A stretch of DNA of 64,000 nt from an uncultured cyanobacterium (GTDB lineage: Bacteria > Cyanobacteriota > Cyanobacteriia > Cyanobacteriales > Nostocaceae). Shown in pieces: positions 51,686-62,262 of the stretch. Position numbers and translations under genes: made by a program. The notes under the pieces were generated by a model that was not told the origin of the DNA, made no database searches, and saw nothing but the letters and a program-made list of their open reading frames with translations. Location: the NCBI GenBank assembly GCA_963740315.1, contig CAVUDP010000002.1:1600001-1664000 (forward strand), given 5' to 3'. How positions within the stretch are numbered: position 1 is the stretch's first letter; every line of letters begins with the position of its first letter.

Positions 51686-52600
51686 TTAGTGCGATCGAGG
51701 GGAAGAAGAGGTGAAGGAAATTAGGAATTGGGAAGGGTACATAACGGTGAATTGTTTAGCTTTTTGTTCTAAATCTCCCAACCATCCTGTATATTCTGGT
51801 TCCGGTATTGTAGTACTACCTTTTGGTTTAGGCAATTTATAAGCAGTCAACACATCTGTATCAACCTTTGCTAAAACAGTTGAAATCGGAATACCCCAAC
51901 TCAACTTTCTCATTTCTTGAATTTCCGTTTCACTCGGACGCTTACCGTTTTGATAAACATAACCCGTGTTTAAAATCGGATAAGAACTTTTACCATTTAT
52001 CCCTACAAGCTCTCCTTGATTGTTGAGAATTGCACCACCGCTCATTCCTTGTTCGATGTTGCTGCTGTAACCGATTTCGTATCCTTCTTTAAGGTTAGAA
52101 GTCTTTTTAACTTTCCCTTCGCTAAATACAATATTTCCTGTGGAAACAGAAAAACCTGAAGCTATAATCGGTGTATCAATATCAGGTGTAGCTGTAGAAA
52201 TTTCTGATAAACAATAACTACGATCGCTCTGGAATTTCAATAAGGTTATATCTGATTTTTTGAAGTTGTTTTGCGGTACTATTTCTGCTGAATAAGTTTT
52301 ACCATCAGGAGCTTGCACTTTAACAGAATTAACTCCTTGGATAACATGAGAATTGGTGAGAACTAGATAATTATTTCCTTGTTTACCAATAAGCGTTCCC
52401 GAACCGCCGTTGTTATCCCCGATGACTTTTACTGTTATTTTATTGGCGAGGGTTTGTAGTTCTTTGGTTGAATAAAATTCGTCTTCTCTTTCGATTTTGC
52501 AGGTTGAATTTTGGGCTATTTGAGGAGGAGCGGCTTTGATAGGAGTGGTAGGGATTTGGAGGAGGAGTAGGGAGGAAAGAAGGTAATGGTGGCAGTTCAT
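51686..52600 (-). CDS. Trypsin-like serine protease, C-terminally truncated paralogue
   Basis: TNSHVI, DITLL, GMSGG; ends just after the start of a second protease domain (GWLGDLEQKAKQFTV). Confidence 0.85.
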   Translation of the reverse strand: MNCHHYLLSSLLLLQIPTTPIKAAPPQIAQNSTCKIEREDEFYSTKELQTLANKITVKVIGDNNGGSGTLIGKQGNNYLVLTNSHVIQGVNSVKVQAPDGKTYSAEIVPQNNFKKSDITLLKFQSDRSYCLSEISTATPDIDTPIIASGFSVSTGNIVFSEGKVKKTSNLKEGYEIGYSSNIEQGMSGGAILNNQGELVGINGKSSYPILNTGYVYQNGKRPSETEIQEMRKLSWGIPISTVLAKVDTDVLTAYKLPKPKGSTTIPEPEYTGWLGDLEQKAKQFTVMYPSQFLISFTSSSPRSH

Positions 52601-52637
52601 TTTAGGACGTGGGTTGTGTTAGGTGTTTTTAATATCT

Positions 52638-52752
52638 GGCGAATATAATTCGCGGCTACACAGGCAAAGTCCGCCTGCGCGGACTAATCACAGCCCACCT
52701 TACGGTGGGCTTTGTTCGGTGGCACCCTTCGAGGGTGAGGGCGATCGCGAAT
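52638..52752. repeat. Multi-hairpin REP-like element with a nested small repeat
   Basis: Hairpins GCGAAT..ATTCGC, AGTCCGC..GCGGACT, AGCCCACC..GGTGGGCT and CACCCT-TCG-AGGGTG; similar architecture at 31446-31497 and 48630-48745. Confidence 0.8.
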
Positions 52753-52756
52753 TGTC

Positions 52757-53362
52757 CTAATCTTCAACCTTCACCGAAGGTGCATAATCTAACATCGTTT
52801 GCACTTCAAGGTGTAACTGCTTACCCGAACTTTGATAAAGAGGCTCTGATGATTTACCTTCACTTATGTTTAGGAGCCTTTGTAAAACTAACTGAGGATT
52901 ATTACCTTGTTTGATGGTAAACAACTGATTATTTTGATTACAACTTTCTCCTGGTTTAGCAGCGCAAATAACTGGATATCCGTTATATTTTCCAGTAGTT
53001 AAATAAGATAATCGACCTTCGTTATAAGACTTCTGAAACTTTTGCGTTACTGCCTCACAACGTTTTTTGGGACTCCAATTAGAAAAATATTGAGATTTCC
53101 AAGCAATAAACAGTACATGAGTTTTACGTTTGGGAACCCAAACAACTGTAGCTGGAATCTGTTCGTCACTTGCTGGATCTAATATGTCTTTACACATGAA
53201 AGTGACGGAATCCGCTTGAGTGTTGTTAGTATTTGCTTGGCTCAAAGTGTCAGCGGCATTTTCAGCTATAATCTGACTAAAACTTGGTGAGATGCTGCTA
53301 GCTAAAGCGACAATTGTGGTTAATGCAGAGAGTCCGAAACTTAGAAAAACTTTGCGTTGCAT
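52757..53362 (-). CDS. COP23 domain protein
   Basis: TFMC...PATV, W.S.YF..WSPKKRCEAVT..FQ, YLTTG..NGYPVICA and LFTI. Confidence 0.9.
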   Translation of the reverse strand: MQRKVFLSFGLSALTTIVALASSISPSFSQIIAENAADTLSQANTNNTQADSVTFMCKDILDPASDEQIPATVVWVPKRKTHVLFIAWKSQYFSNWSPKKRCEAVTQKFQKSYNEGRLSYLTTGKYNGYPVICAAKPGESCNQNNQLFTIKQGNNPQLVLQRLLNISEGKSSEPLYQSSGKQLHLEVQTMLDYAPSVKVED

Positions 53363-53543
53363 GGGTTTAATTCCTTGGCTTTTAGTTGAGTTAATTAATG
53401 GATAATAAATACATCCTGATAAAACAAGATTCTTTTTGTAGTGCGAGCATCTTGCTCGCTAGTTAATATGCCTTATTTTACGAAAGGATTAGTATTCCAG
53501 ACGTTGAGATCCCCCCAACCCCCCTTGTTAAGGGGGGCTACTT

Positions 53544-54649
53544 TTAAGGATTAACAGTAGCTCGCAAACTATAATCACCCGATTGTCTATCTGGAGAAGA
53601 TTTTGCTTCTATTACATAAATCCCATCTGCTGGTAAAGTAGTTGTAATTAAAGAATTAAAATCACCTGCACCCCTATCGTCGTTTTCTGTAATCAAATTA
53701 GGTTGATTACCTTCTGCGGTTTCAACAAACTGATATAAACTTAAAAACGAATTTATAGTTTTACTTGTCATTTCAATCACTACTTTTTGACCTGCTTTAC
53801 CTTGAAAGACATATAAATTAGCAAAGCCATTTTCTTGACTAAAGTTGCCATTTATATCTTGACCATTAAGCGATATATTTACAATTTCTGACTCTGCTTT
53901 TGGTTTCTTTAAAGTAGAAACTTCAGATAGTTCGCCTTTTCTTGCAGCAGCTATAAATGTCTTTACATCTGATACCGGAATCGAAAAATTCATTCCTGTA
54001 TTTAACTTTCCAGGTGCGCCAATAATTGATGTATTTACACCTATCACTTCAGCTTTGGAATTAAGCAGAGGTCCCCAGAATTACCACCGTAAACGGGTGC
54101 ATTATGTTGAATCACTCCGTCGTTTTTACCGATACGAGTAATGTTTCCTTGAGTAATCGTGTCCTTAAATTCTGGATCGAGAGGTGAACCAAGTGCAAAA
54201 ACGCGGTCAGTAACTTCAGCGCTATTATTAGAAGCTAACGCAAGTGTCCGCAAGTTCTTTTGTCCGTGGATTTTCAGCACTGCTAAATCTAATCCACCTT
54301 TAGCAAAACCAAGCACATCAGCAGGAAGTTTTCTACCATCTTTAAATTCAACCGTGACTACACTCGGACTTCCTTCTACAACATGGGCGTTAGTGATAAT
54401 CCATCCATCTTGACTGACAACAAAACCGCTTCCATGTCCTCTACCATCCTTAACCGTCACAACCGCCGGACTTGCCTTTTTATACACGCTGCGACCAATT
54501 TGTTCTTCTGCGGTTTGTGCGATCGCACGGATGGAATAACCTAATTTATGTCCGCGATCGGATAGCAATTCTTCAACGGCTGTAAAACTTAATAAGTTAA
54601 ATAAAATACACAGTGTCAGACCACTAAATCGAAATAATTTTCTGTTCAT
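53544..54649 (-). pseudogene. Trypsin/HtrA-like serine protease + PPC domain, split by a 1-bp frameshift
   Basis: TNAHVV, DLAVL, GNSG; adding one G to the GGGG run (54073-54076) restores GNSGGPLLNSKAEVIGVNT and joins the two ORFs. Confidence 0.88.
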
Positions 54650-55094
54650 AATAACTTTACATTTACTTCATAGACTGTTTATTAGCGGTCAAGACAAAAT
54701 TAAAAGCGCGATCGTACAAAGTTATTTAATTGACCATATAATTTGGAGCAATAGCAATCAATACACTTAACTGAAATCTTTTTGTAAATTAATCTTGAAC
54801 CCCTCGAAATTACCTTCCGATAGGATTACTGACTGAGGAGTGATTTTTTACGCAAGTTATTGAATTTTTTTTAGGAATATTGTTTGTAGTAAGGACTTTA
54901 GTCCTTAGAGCGCTAAAGCACTTACTACGAACTAAAATAAAATTGTAGGGTGCGTTACGGCAAATTATTACTTACAACCGAAAATACACAATAGATGCAC
55001 GATCGATAAAAAAATTAAAGCCCACCGTAAGGTGGGCTTCGTAATGGTGGTTCCCCACCTTCCGAGGGTGAGGGCATATTTTATTCTCGATATC

Positions 55095-56483
55095 TTACTG
55101 CGACTTCTGCAATTTCTCTTCGCTAACCCAATCGCCGTGAAAACCATAGGGAACTCGTTGCGGAATCAATACCCGTGCAACTGGCTCTGATGTCATATCC
55201 TGAGCGTCTACAATTACTAATTCAGATGTATCCTCGTTGGAATCATACACGAAAGTCATGACCCAACCTTCATCTTCACCATTCCCACGTGGCACAAATA
55301 CTGCTTCGCCACCATAACGCCCTTTGCCAAATTCATGAGTTTGGGATTTACCGCTATTCAAATCATATTTAATTACACCTTCAAATGAAGGCATGGAACC
55401 TTGTCCCATTTTGCCTGCGTAACCGTAGCGGGTTGGTTGCCCTAAAAAGTTGTCGTTGACGCGGGGGAATTCTGATGCTGCATCGTCTAAGCTTTCTTCG
55501 CGCACGCTACCATCTTTCATGTTAAATCGCCAACGGTGCAGTTTGGGAATATTATCTGCATCGCTTTCAACATCTTCTGTAGCAAAAATACTTGTTGAAT
55601 TTACCCGACAAGCAAGAAGTATAACTTCATCTCCTTGTTCGTAAGCGTTGAGGGTATGCCATACAAAACAAGCGGGAGCTTCAAACCAGCGCACATCATT
55701 ATTATCGCCGTGACGGGGTACAACACCAAAACGACTGGCTCTATCTTTCTCAAACATCATAGCGGGTTCGCCTTTCTGCATCCGCATGGGATTGAAAGTT
55801 AAAGGCAAATCCATAAATATTGTATGGTTGGCGGTGATGGCGAAATCATGCATCATCACTCCCATCGGTAATTCAATGGGTACGGTTTTCACAAGTTCGC
55901 CTTCTGCTGAAACTACGCTGTAATGCAAGAATGGCGGCGCGAAGGAATAACCGAAAAACATCATTTCACCCGTTACCGGATCTACTTTGGGATGTGCTGT
56001 AAAGGCAGATTGTAACTTGTTGCTGTAAGTATATTCACCGTAAGTGTCCAACTCTGGAACTTTGATAGCATAAGGCGCACCTCCTTCCCAAAGCGCTAAA
56101 AATTTACCTGCGTGCCATACCAGCGCCGTATTCGCAACTTTTTTATATGCACCGTGGGGGTTATCCATTTGCGGTGGTTCTAACATCCCACTCCATACGG
56201 CTTTACCTTCTTGATGTTCGATTTGCCATCCTTTAGTACGCACGTAACGGTTGCGATAGCTGGCTTTACCGTTAGAAATCCTTACGCCGTGCAACATTCC
56301 ATCGCCATCAAACCAATGATATTGTCCTTTGGGCTGCCATTGAGGATTAGGACCATTCCGCACGAACATCCCCGATAAATCGGTAGGTAATTCACCAATT
56401 ATTTTTAAGTCGTCAGCGGTGGTTTCTTCACGCACTGGGGCAAAATTACCGTCGAGAAAGGGATTTACTGCTGCTGTTACCAT
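55095..56483 (-). CDS. Carotenoid cleavage oxygenase (RPE65 family)
   Basis: RNGPNP, HWFDGDGM, TAHPK, MHDF, EFPR and PYGFHG. Confidence 0.96.
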   Translation of the reverse strand: MVTAAVNPFLDGNFAPVREETTADDLKIIGELPTDLSGMFVRNGPNPQWQPKGQYHWFDGDGMLHGVRISNGKASYRNRYVRTKGWQIEHQEGKAVWSGMLEPPQMDNPHGAYKKVANTALVWHAGKFLALWEGGAPYAIKVPELDTYGEYTYSNKLQSAFTAHPKVDPVTGEMMFFGYSFAPPFLHYSVVSAEGELVKTVPIELPMGVMMHDFAITANHTIFMDLPLTFNPMRMQKGEPAMMFEKDRASRFGVVPRHGDNNDVRWFEAPACFVWHTLNAYEQGDEVILLACRVNSTSIFATEDVESDADNIPKLHRWRFNMKDGSVREESLDDAASEFPRVNDNFLGQPTRYGYAGKMGQGSMPSFEGVIKYDLNSGKSQTHEFGKGRYGGEAVFVPRGNGEDEGWVMTFVYDSNEDTSELVIVDAQDMTSEPVARVLIPQRVPYGFHGDWVSEEKLQKSQ

Positions 56484-57240
56484 TATTTTAAGTTAAAGGT
56501 TAATCTATTTTATATTTTAGATTTACGATTTTAGATTTACCCTACGGATGAATTATGAGTAATAATTTGTGCTATTAAGGAACCCGCTTTTTTTAAAAAA
56601 CGGGTTGATGAATTCTTACGCATGATTTAAGGGTGCTATAGCTGATTAAAAACTGATTTATTCCTATGGGGTGGGCATCCGGAGCCAGCCCCCCAGAGTA
56701 GTTATATAATTAATATTTAGCTTGCCTTTTCTAAAGCGATCGCAGTTTTTTCAGAAAGCGTAAGAGGTTTACGTTTAGCACCGAATACTGAAGATATCAG
56801 TTTAGGAAATACAAGACAAATAACGGTATTGAAGAGGGTTAATAAAATACTATCTGTTAAACTCATCTCCAACTCTCCTTTGTGCAAAAAAATGCTTATA
56901 CTTTATTGTCGTACAAATTCGCAATATTTAAATCAGTACTGAGTTTTGATTTTCTTTTGCTTTATATAATCACTCTTGAATTATGTTTATATAATATTCC
57001 TAAATCATCTGCAAGATTAAGTAACTCGGTTTTTCAAACAAAAGGCGTTTGTATATACCACAGATTAATTGAATTTATATGAATTAATATAACATACTTT
57101 TTATACATATAAATTTACATTCAATAGAAAAATAGTCATGCTTAAGATAGAAGCATTTTTATTTAGAGTAGTTGTCGATTTGTCCGAGATGAAGGAATAT
57201 GCTGGAAGTATAAATCATTGACTGTTAAAGAAACCGCATT

Positions 57241-59226
57241 ATGTCTAACACTAAAAGTACAAATAATTCATTTTCTAAGCTTACTGAAAAAGACCAGCAA
57301 TCTTTGAAAAGTATGGTCGATTACTCAAATGTGGAGTCTTTACCCGAAGTTTGGGCGATCGCAGCAAGTCAATTTGGCGATACAACTGCTCTGCACAATC
57401 CCCATACTAAACCAAAGCAGGAAATATTTACTTATAGAGAGCTTTTTAATCGAATTCAACAGTTTGCTGCTGGTTTACAGTCATTAGGAATCAAGCCACA
57501 GGGACGCATTTCGCTAATTGCCGATAATAGTCCTCGCTGGTTTATTGCCGATCAAGGTATTATGACTGCTGGGGCTGTAAATGCTGTACGCAGTTCTCAA
57601 GCCGATATTGATGAATTAGCGTTTATATTGGCTAATAGCGATAGTACGGTGTTAGTCGCGCAAGATTTAGCAACTTTTGAGAAACTGCGTCCTCGTTTAG
57701 ATGATTTACCAATTCAATTAGTAATTTTATTAACTCAAGAATCAGCACCAAGTGATGAAGTTATCAAGGTGTTGAATTTCGAGGAGTTGATGGAAATTGG
57801 TGCAAAACATCATTTAGAACCCGTTAAGCAAAAACGCGATGATTTAGCTACTTTACTTTATACTTCCGGTACTTCGGGTAAACCTAAAGGCGTGATGCTT
57901 TCTCATGGAAATTTGCTGCATCAAGTAATAAATTTACGCGCAATAGTTCAACCGGAAGTAGGAGATGTTGTTTTAAGTATTCTCCCTACCTGGCACGTGT
58001 TTGAACGTACTGCCGAGTATTTGCTGATTTCTCAAGGCTGCACCCAAGTTTATACCAATTTGCGATCGATAAAAAATGATTTGAAAAAGTACAAACCTCA
58101 CTATATGGTGGCAGTACCGCGTATTTTGGAATCAGTTTATGAAGGAGTACAAAAGCAGTTTCGCGAACAACCAGCTTCTAAGAAAAAGTTGATCGATCGC
58201 TTTTTAGGTATTAGCAGCAGGTATATCAAAGCACGGCGAATTGCTCAAAATTTGGATTTGGAAAACCTCAATCCCTCGGTAGGGGAAAAAATCGCTGCTA
58301 GCATTCAAGAAAAAGCCCTTGCACCATTACACGCTTTGGCTGGAAAGATTGTTTATGGCAAGGTGAGGGAAGCGACGGGAGGAAGAATTAAACAGTTTAT
58401 TTGTGGTGGTGGTGCCTTAGCGAAGCACATAGATGATTTTTACGAGATAGTTGATGTAAATATTTTGGTTGGTTACGGCTTAACGGAAACGAGTCCGGTT
58501 ACTCATGCGCGTCGTCAATGGAGTAATTTACGCGGATCTTCGGGATTAAACGTACCCGGAACTCAAGTTAAAATCGTCGATTTGGAAACTCGTCGAGAAT
58601 TACCAATCGGGGAAAAGGGTTTAGTATTGCTTAAAGGACCGCATATAATGCAGGGCTATTACAAAAACCCCGAAGCTACAGAAAAAGCCATTGATGCGGA
58701 AGGCTGGTTTAATAGCGGTGACTTGGGCTGGTTAACTCCCCGTCAGGATATAGTTTTAACCGGACGAGCAAAAGACACGATCGTATTAACCAATGGAGAA
58801 AACATTGAGCCGCTTCCCATCGAAGATGCTTGTTTGCGATCGCCATTTATCGACCAAATAATGCTGGTGGGACAAGATAAAAAAAGTATTGGTGCTTTGA
58901 TTGTCCCGAATTTGGAAGCATTAGAAAAATGGGCGGAAGCGCAAAATCTGGAATTATGTGTTAAAGAAGACAATGTTACGGGATCTACAAGCCAAAAAAT
59001 CAACCTTGAGAGTAAAATGATCCAGGATTTGTTTCGACAAGAGTTAATTCGGGAAGTGCGAAATCGTCCGGGATATCGCTCGGACGATCGTATTGGACCG
59101 TTTCAACTGATTCTGGAACCGTTTTCTATGGAAAATGGCATGATGACACGAACTCTCAAACTCAAACGACACGTTGTGATGGAACGCTATCACGATATGA
59201 TTGAGCGGATGTTTGCCGCAAACTAA
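57241..59226 (+). CDS. aas: Long-chain acyl-ACP/CoA synthetase
   Basis: YTSGTSGKPKG, GYGLTETSP, SGDLG and GRAKDTIVLTNGENIEP. Confidence 0.9.
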   Translation: MSNTKSTNNSFSKLTEKDQQSLKSMVDYSNVESLPEVWAIAASQFGDTTALHNPHTKPKQEIFTYRELFNRIQQFAAGLQSLGIKPQGRISLIADNSPRWFIADQGIMTAGAVNAVRSSQADIDELAFILANSDSTVLVAQDLATFEKLRPRLDDLPIQLVILLTQESAPSDEVIKVLNFEELMEIGAKHHLEPVKQKRDDLATLLYTSGTSGKPKGVMLSHGNLLHQVINLRAIVQPEVGDVVLSILPTWHVFERTAEYLLISQGCTQVYTNLRSIKNDLKKYKPHYMVAVPRILESVYEGVQKQFREQPASKKKLIDRFLGISSRYIKARRIAQNLDLENLNPSVGEKIAASIQEKALAPLHALAGKIVYGKVREATGGRIKQFICGGGALAKHIDDFYEIVDVNILVGYGLTETSPVTHARRQWSNLRGSSGLNVPGTQVKIVDLETRRELPIGEKGLVLLKGPHIMQGYYKNPEATEKAIDAEGWFNSGDLGWLTPRQDIVLTGRAKDTIVLTNGENIEPLPIEDACLRSPFIDQIMLVGQDKKSIGALIVPNLEALEKWAEAQNLELCVKEDNVTGSTSQKINLESKMIQDLFRQELIREVRNRPGYRSDDRIGPFQLILEPFSMENGMMTRTLKLKRHVVMERYHDMIERMFAAN

Positions 59227-59268
59227 TCCATTTGTTATTGAACCCAACAGGAAAAAAAAGATACTTTT

Positions 59269-59718
59269 ATGGACATCTCCAATCCTCAATTGCTGCTTAA
59301 GCGCGTTATTAATGTTAAAGCCATTGTCACTCCTCTATGGAAAGAGGAAGTAACGCAGCAACTACAAGGTCAAATCAATCAAACCGACCAGCAGCTACAA
59401 CAAATTGATGTCCAAGGGCAGCGTGCAATTACTGAAATTCAAAAGCAAGGATTGCAACCCCCCGGACCTCAAACTCTACAGCAAATTGAGAACATCCAAG
59501 TTCAAGTAAACGAGAAAAAAAGCGAGATGCTTGAACAAAAAAACCAAAGCTTGCAAAACCTCCAACAGGTGCAAATGCTTGAGTTGGATCAAGAAGTTAA
59601 TCAATTTCAGTTGGAAGGCTTCTTCCGAGCAGAACAAGGCGACAACCTGATTAGTAAAATGCAGGTCGAAATCGTTCTGCGCGATGGCGTTATCGAAGAA
59701 ATTCGTGGCGATATCTAA
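59269..59718 (+). CDS. YlqD family protein
   Basis: LKRVINVKAIVTPLWKEE, Gln-rich coiled coil and VEIVLRDGVIEEIRG. Confidence 0.9.
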   Translation: MDISNPQLLLKRVINVKAIVTPLWKEEVTQQLQGQINQTDQQLQQIDVQGQRAITEIQKQGLQPPGPQTLQQIENIQVQVNEKKSEMLEQKNQSLQNLQQVQMLELDQEVNQFQLEGFFRAEQGDNLISKMQVEIVLRDGVIEEIRGDI

Positions 59719-59723
59719 TTAAG

Positions 59724-59765
59724 TAAGAATTCTGAGTTCACAATGGTTGAATTCAGAATTCTTAA
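59724..59765. terminator. Hairpin between convergent genes
   Basis: TAAGAATTCTGAGTTCA...TGAATTCAGAATTCTTA followed by Ts. Confidence 0.6.
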
Positions 59766-59857
59766 TTTTTATTTGTCTGCAAAAATAAATGCGATCGCCA
59801 ATGATTTCAATCTCGATGAGAAACCCGGTTTTTAAGGATTTAATAAATATTGTCGAG

Positions 59858-60379
59858 TCAATGACAGACTGTGCTTGTTACCATACTTGTTGCATCTGCT
59901 AAACATTGTTCGGAAGTACCAGCCCAAACAATTTGCCATAGAGGAGGCGAAGTTAGAAATAGCGATCGCCCAAAACTTGTAAGTTTGACTCGATGTTTAA
60001 TTGGCTTCGGCTTGGATGCAGCTATGTCGGTTTGAGTTATTGTTACCATCGCTTGATTGGGTTGCGGATAAACTACCTCTACCTTGCGATCTAAATTTTT
60101 TAAATGATTTGGATCGAAAGCATTAACGGCAAGGGCAGTTGGATCTGTACCTTTAAGTGAAGTTGTGAATCGCTTCAACGGTATGGTTTTATATTGAAAG
60201 CTGTATGCATTTACTATGATATTTTGAGTTGAAATCTGCTTTGCTTGAATTTGCTGTTGCTTACGGGCAATGGATAACTGACTAGAATGCCATTGTTTAA
60301 TCGTGTAAACTCCAGCTAAAACAGCGGTACCAAAGATACCTAATGTAAAGGCTAGAAAAAATTTTAATTTTGCCGACAT
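59858..60379 (-). CDS. Hypothetical exported/membrane-anchored protein
   Basis: 173 aa with a hydrophobic N-terminus. Confidence 0.7.
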   Translation of the reverse strand: MSAKLKFFLAFTLGIFGTAVLAGVYTIKQWHSSQLSIARKQQQIQAKQISTQNIIVNAYSFQYKTIPLKRFTTSLKGTDPTALAVNAFDPNHLKNLDRKVEVVYPQPNQAMVTITQTDIAASKPKPIKHRVKLTSFGRSLFLTSPPLWQIVWAGTSEQCLADATSMVTSTVCH

Positions 60380-60741
60380 AACATTTTAAGGGAATTTTAA
60401 GCGGTTCGTTTTTATTAATCGATGAATGAATTCTAAATCCAGATATGACTCCTTACTTCATACTTTAAGTAGAATTTCCGACAAATTTTTTAAAAAAAGA
60501 ATTATGTAGAAAAAACACAGGAGAGAATTTACGCAGTTGTGGAGTTACAAATAAACAAGGATTTGAGATTGTCTATTTTTAGAAACGAAGCATATCTAAC
60601 TCCTCCTGCTTAGTACGCCAAAATACAGATTATTCTATCAGTGTAGTTCTAAAATGGTTGCTCGCGTCCGCCCTCGCGATACAATGCAATCTGGAAAAAA
60701 CTAATAAACTCGATAATTTATTAAATTGCCTTCTTTTTTTT

Positions 60742-62055
60742 ATGAGTATTCACGAAATATTTATGCCCGCGTTGAGTTCTACCATGTCCGAAGGTAAAAT
60801 TGTCTCCTGGGAAAAATCTCCCGGTGACAAAGTTGAAAAGGGCGAAACGGTAGTAATAGTTGAATCGGATAAAGCAGATATGGATGTGGAGTCCTTTTAT
60901 GAAGGATACATGGCGCATATCGTAGTAGAAGCTGGGGAAAGCGCTCCTGTAGGCTCTGCCATTGCCTTTCTAGCCGAAACCGAAGCCGAAATTGAAACAG
61001 CAGCAGCACAAGCCAAATCTCATGGGGCATCAGCAAAATCTAAAGTTGCTGCAAAAACCGCCCCCGCCCAAGTAGCAGCACCAGAGCCAGCAATAGGCGC
61101 TTCAACAAACGACACTTCTCAAAATGGTGCGGCACGCGGCAGCGGTAGAAAAACTGCTTCACCTCGCGCTCGTAAATTAGCCAAAGAATTGAAAGTTGAT
61201 TTAAGCGGTATTTCAGGTAGCGGTCCTCACGGTCGTATTATTGCTGAAGATGTAGAAACAGCTGCTGGTAATACAGCTAAATCTACACCAACACCCACGA
61301 CTCAGCCAGCAGTTACACCCGCCCCCAGCGCTCCTATTGCTCCTGCGGCGACACCCGCACCGATGCCAGTTGCGGCAACTCCCGGACAAACGGTACCTTT
61401 GACTACCTTACAAAATGCCGTAGTGCGGACTATGAATCATAGCTTATCCGTACCTACTTTCCATGTCGGTTACTCGATCGCCACCGACGAATTAAATAAA
61501 CTTTACAAACAAATCAAATCTAAAGGCGTGACAATGACAGCGCTGCTAGCCAAAGCCGTAGCGATGACATTACAGAAACACCCATTGTTAAATACGAATT
61601 ATTCCGAACAGGGAATGGTACATCCTTCTAACATAAATATTGCGGTAGCCGTAGCAATGGATGACGGAGGATTGATTACACCCGTACTGCAAAATGCAGA
61701 CCAACAGGATATTTATAGCTTATCGCGTAATTGGAAATCCTTAGTAGAACGCGCTCGCAGCAAACAGTTACAGCCCCAAGAATACAGTAGTGGCACCTTT
61801 ACCATATCCAACTTAGGTATGTTTGGCGTAGATACATTTGATGCGATTTTGCCACCTGGGCAAGGTTCAATATTGGCGATCGCTGCATCGAAGCCGGAAG
61901 TAGTAGCAACGAAGGACGGCATGATGGGAGTACGTACAAAGATGAAAGTAAACATTACTTGCGATCATAGAGTTATCTATGGTGCCCACGCTGCGGCATT
62001 CCTTCAAGACTTAGCGAAATTGATTGAAACCAATTCTCAATCTTTGACAATGTAG
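60742..62055 (+). CDS. pdhC: Pyruvate dehydrogenase E2, dihydrolipoamide acetyltransferase
   Basis: Lipoyl motif VESDKADM, E3-binding ASPRARKLA...GSGPHGRI and catalytic DHRVIYG. Confidence 0.97.
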   Translation: MSIHEIFMPALSSTMSEGKIVSWEKSPGDKVEKGETVVIVESDKADMDVESFYEGYMAHIVVEAGESAPVGSAIAFLAETEAEIETAAAQAKSHGASAKSKVAAKTAPAQVAAPEPAIGASTNDTSQNGAARGSGRKTASPRARKLAKELKVDLSGISGSGPHGRIIAEDVETAAGNTAKSTPTPTTQPAVTPAPSAPIAPAATPAPMPVAATPGQTVPLTTLQNAVVRTMNHSLSVPTFHVGYSIATDELNKLYKQIKSKGVTMTALLAKAVAMTLQKHPLLNTNYSEQGMVHPSNINIAVAVAMDDGGLITPVLQNADQQDIYSLSRNWKSLVERARSKQLQPQEYSSGTFTISNLGMFGVDTFDAILPPGQGSILAIAASKPEVVATKDGMMGVRTKMKVNITCDHRVIYGAHAAAFLQDLAKLIETNSQSLTM

Positions 62056-62087
62056 TAGATAATAATAATGCAATAGTAATCTTTTAC

Positions 62088-62118
62088 ACTTGGGGTTTTA
62101 CGCTCCAAGTTTTTTTTA
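62088..62118 (+). terminator. Intrinsic terminator after pdhC
   Basis: ACTTGGGG...CTCCAAGT stem followed by a T run. Confidence 0.7.
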
Positions 62119-62262
62119 ATTGGGCATGGGGCATTGAGTAGCAGCTTAATTATTAACTGTTTGTTGGTAATTGATAATTGCTTATTAATAATTGATATTA
62201 GTCGGAATCGCTACCTTCCAAGTTGTAGAATACTAAGAAATTTAGTTAAATAAACAAAAGTT

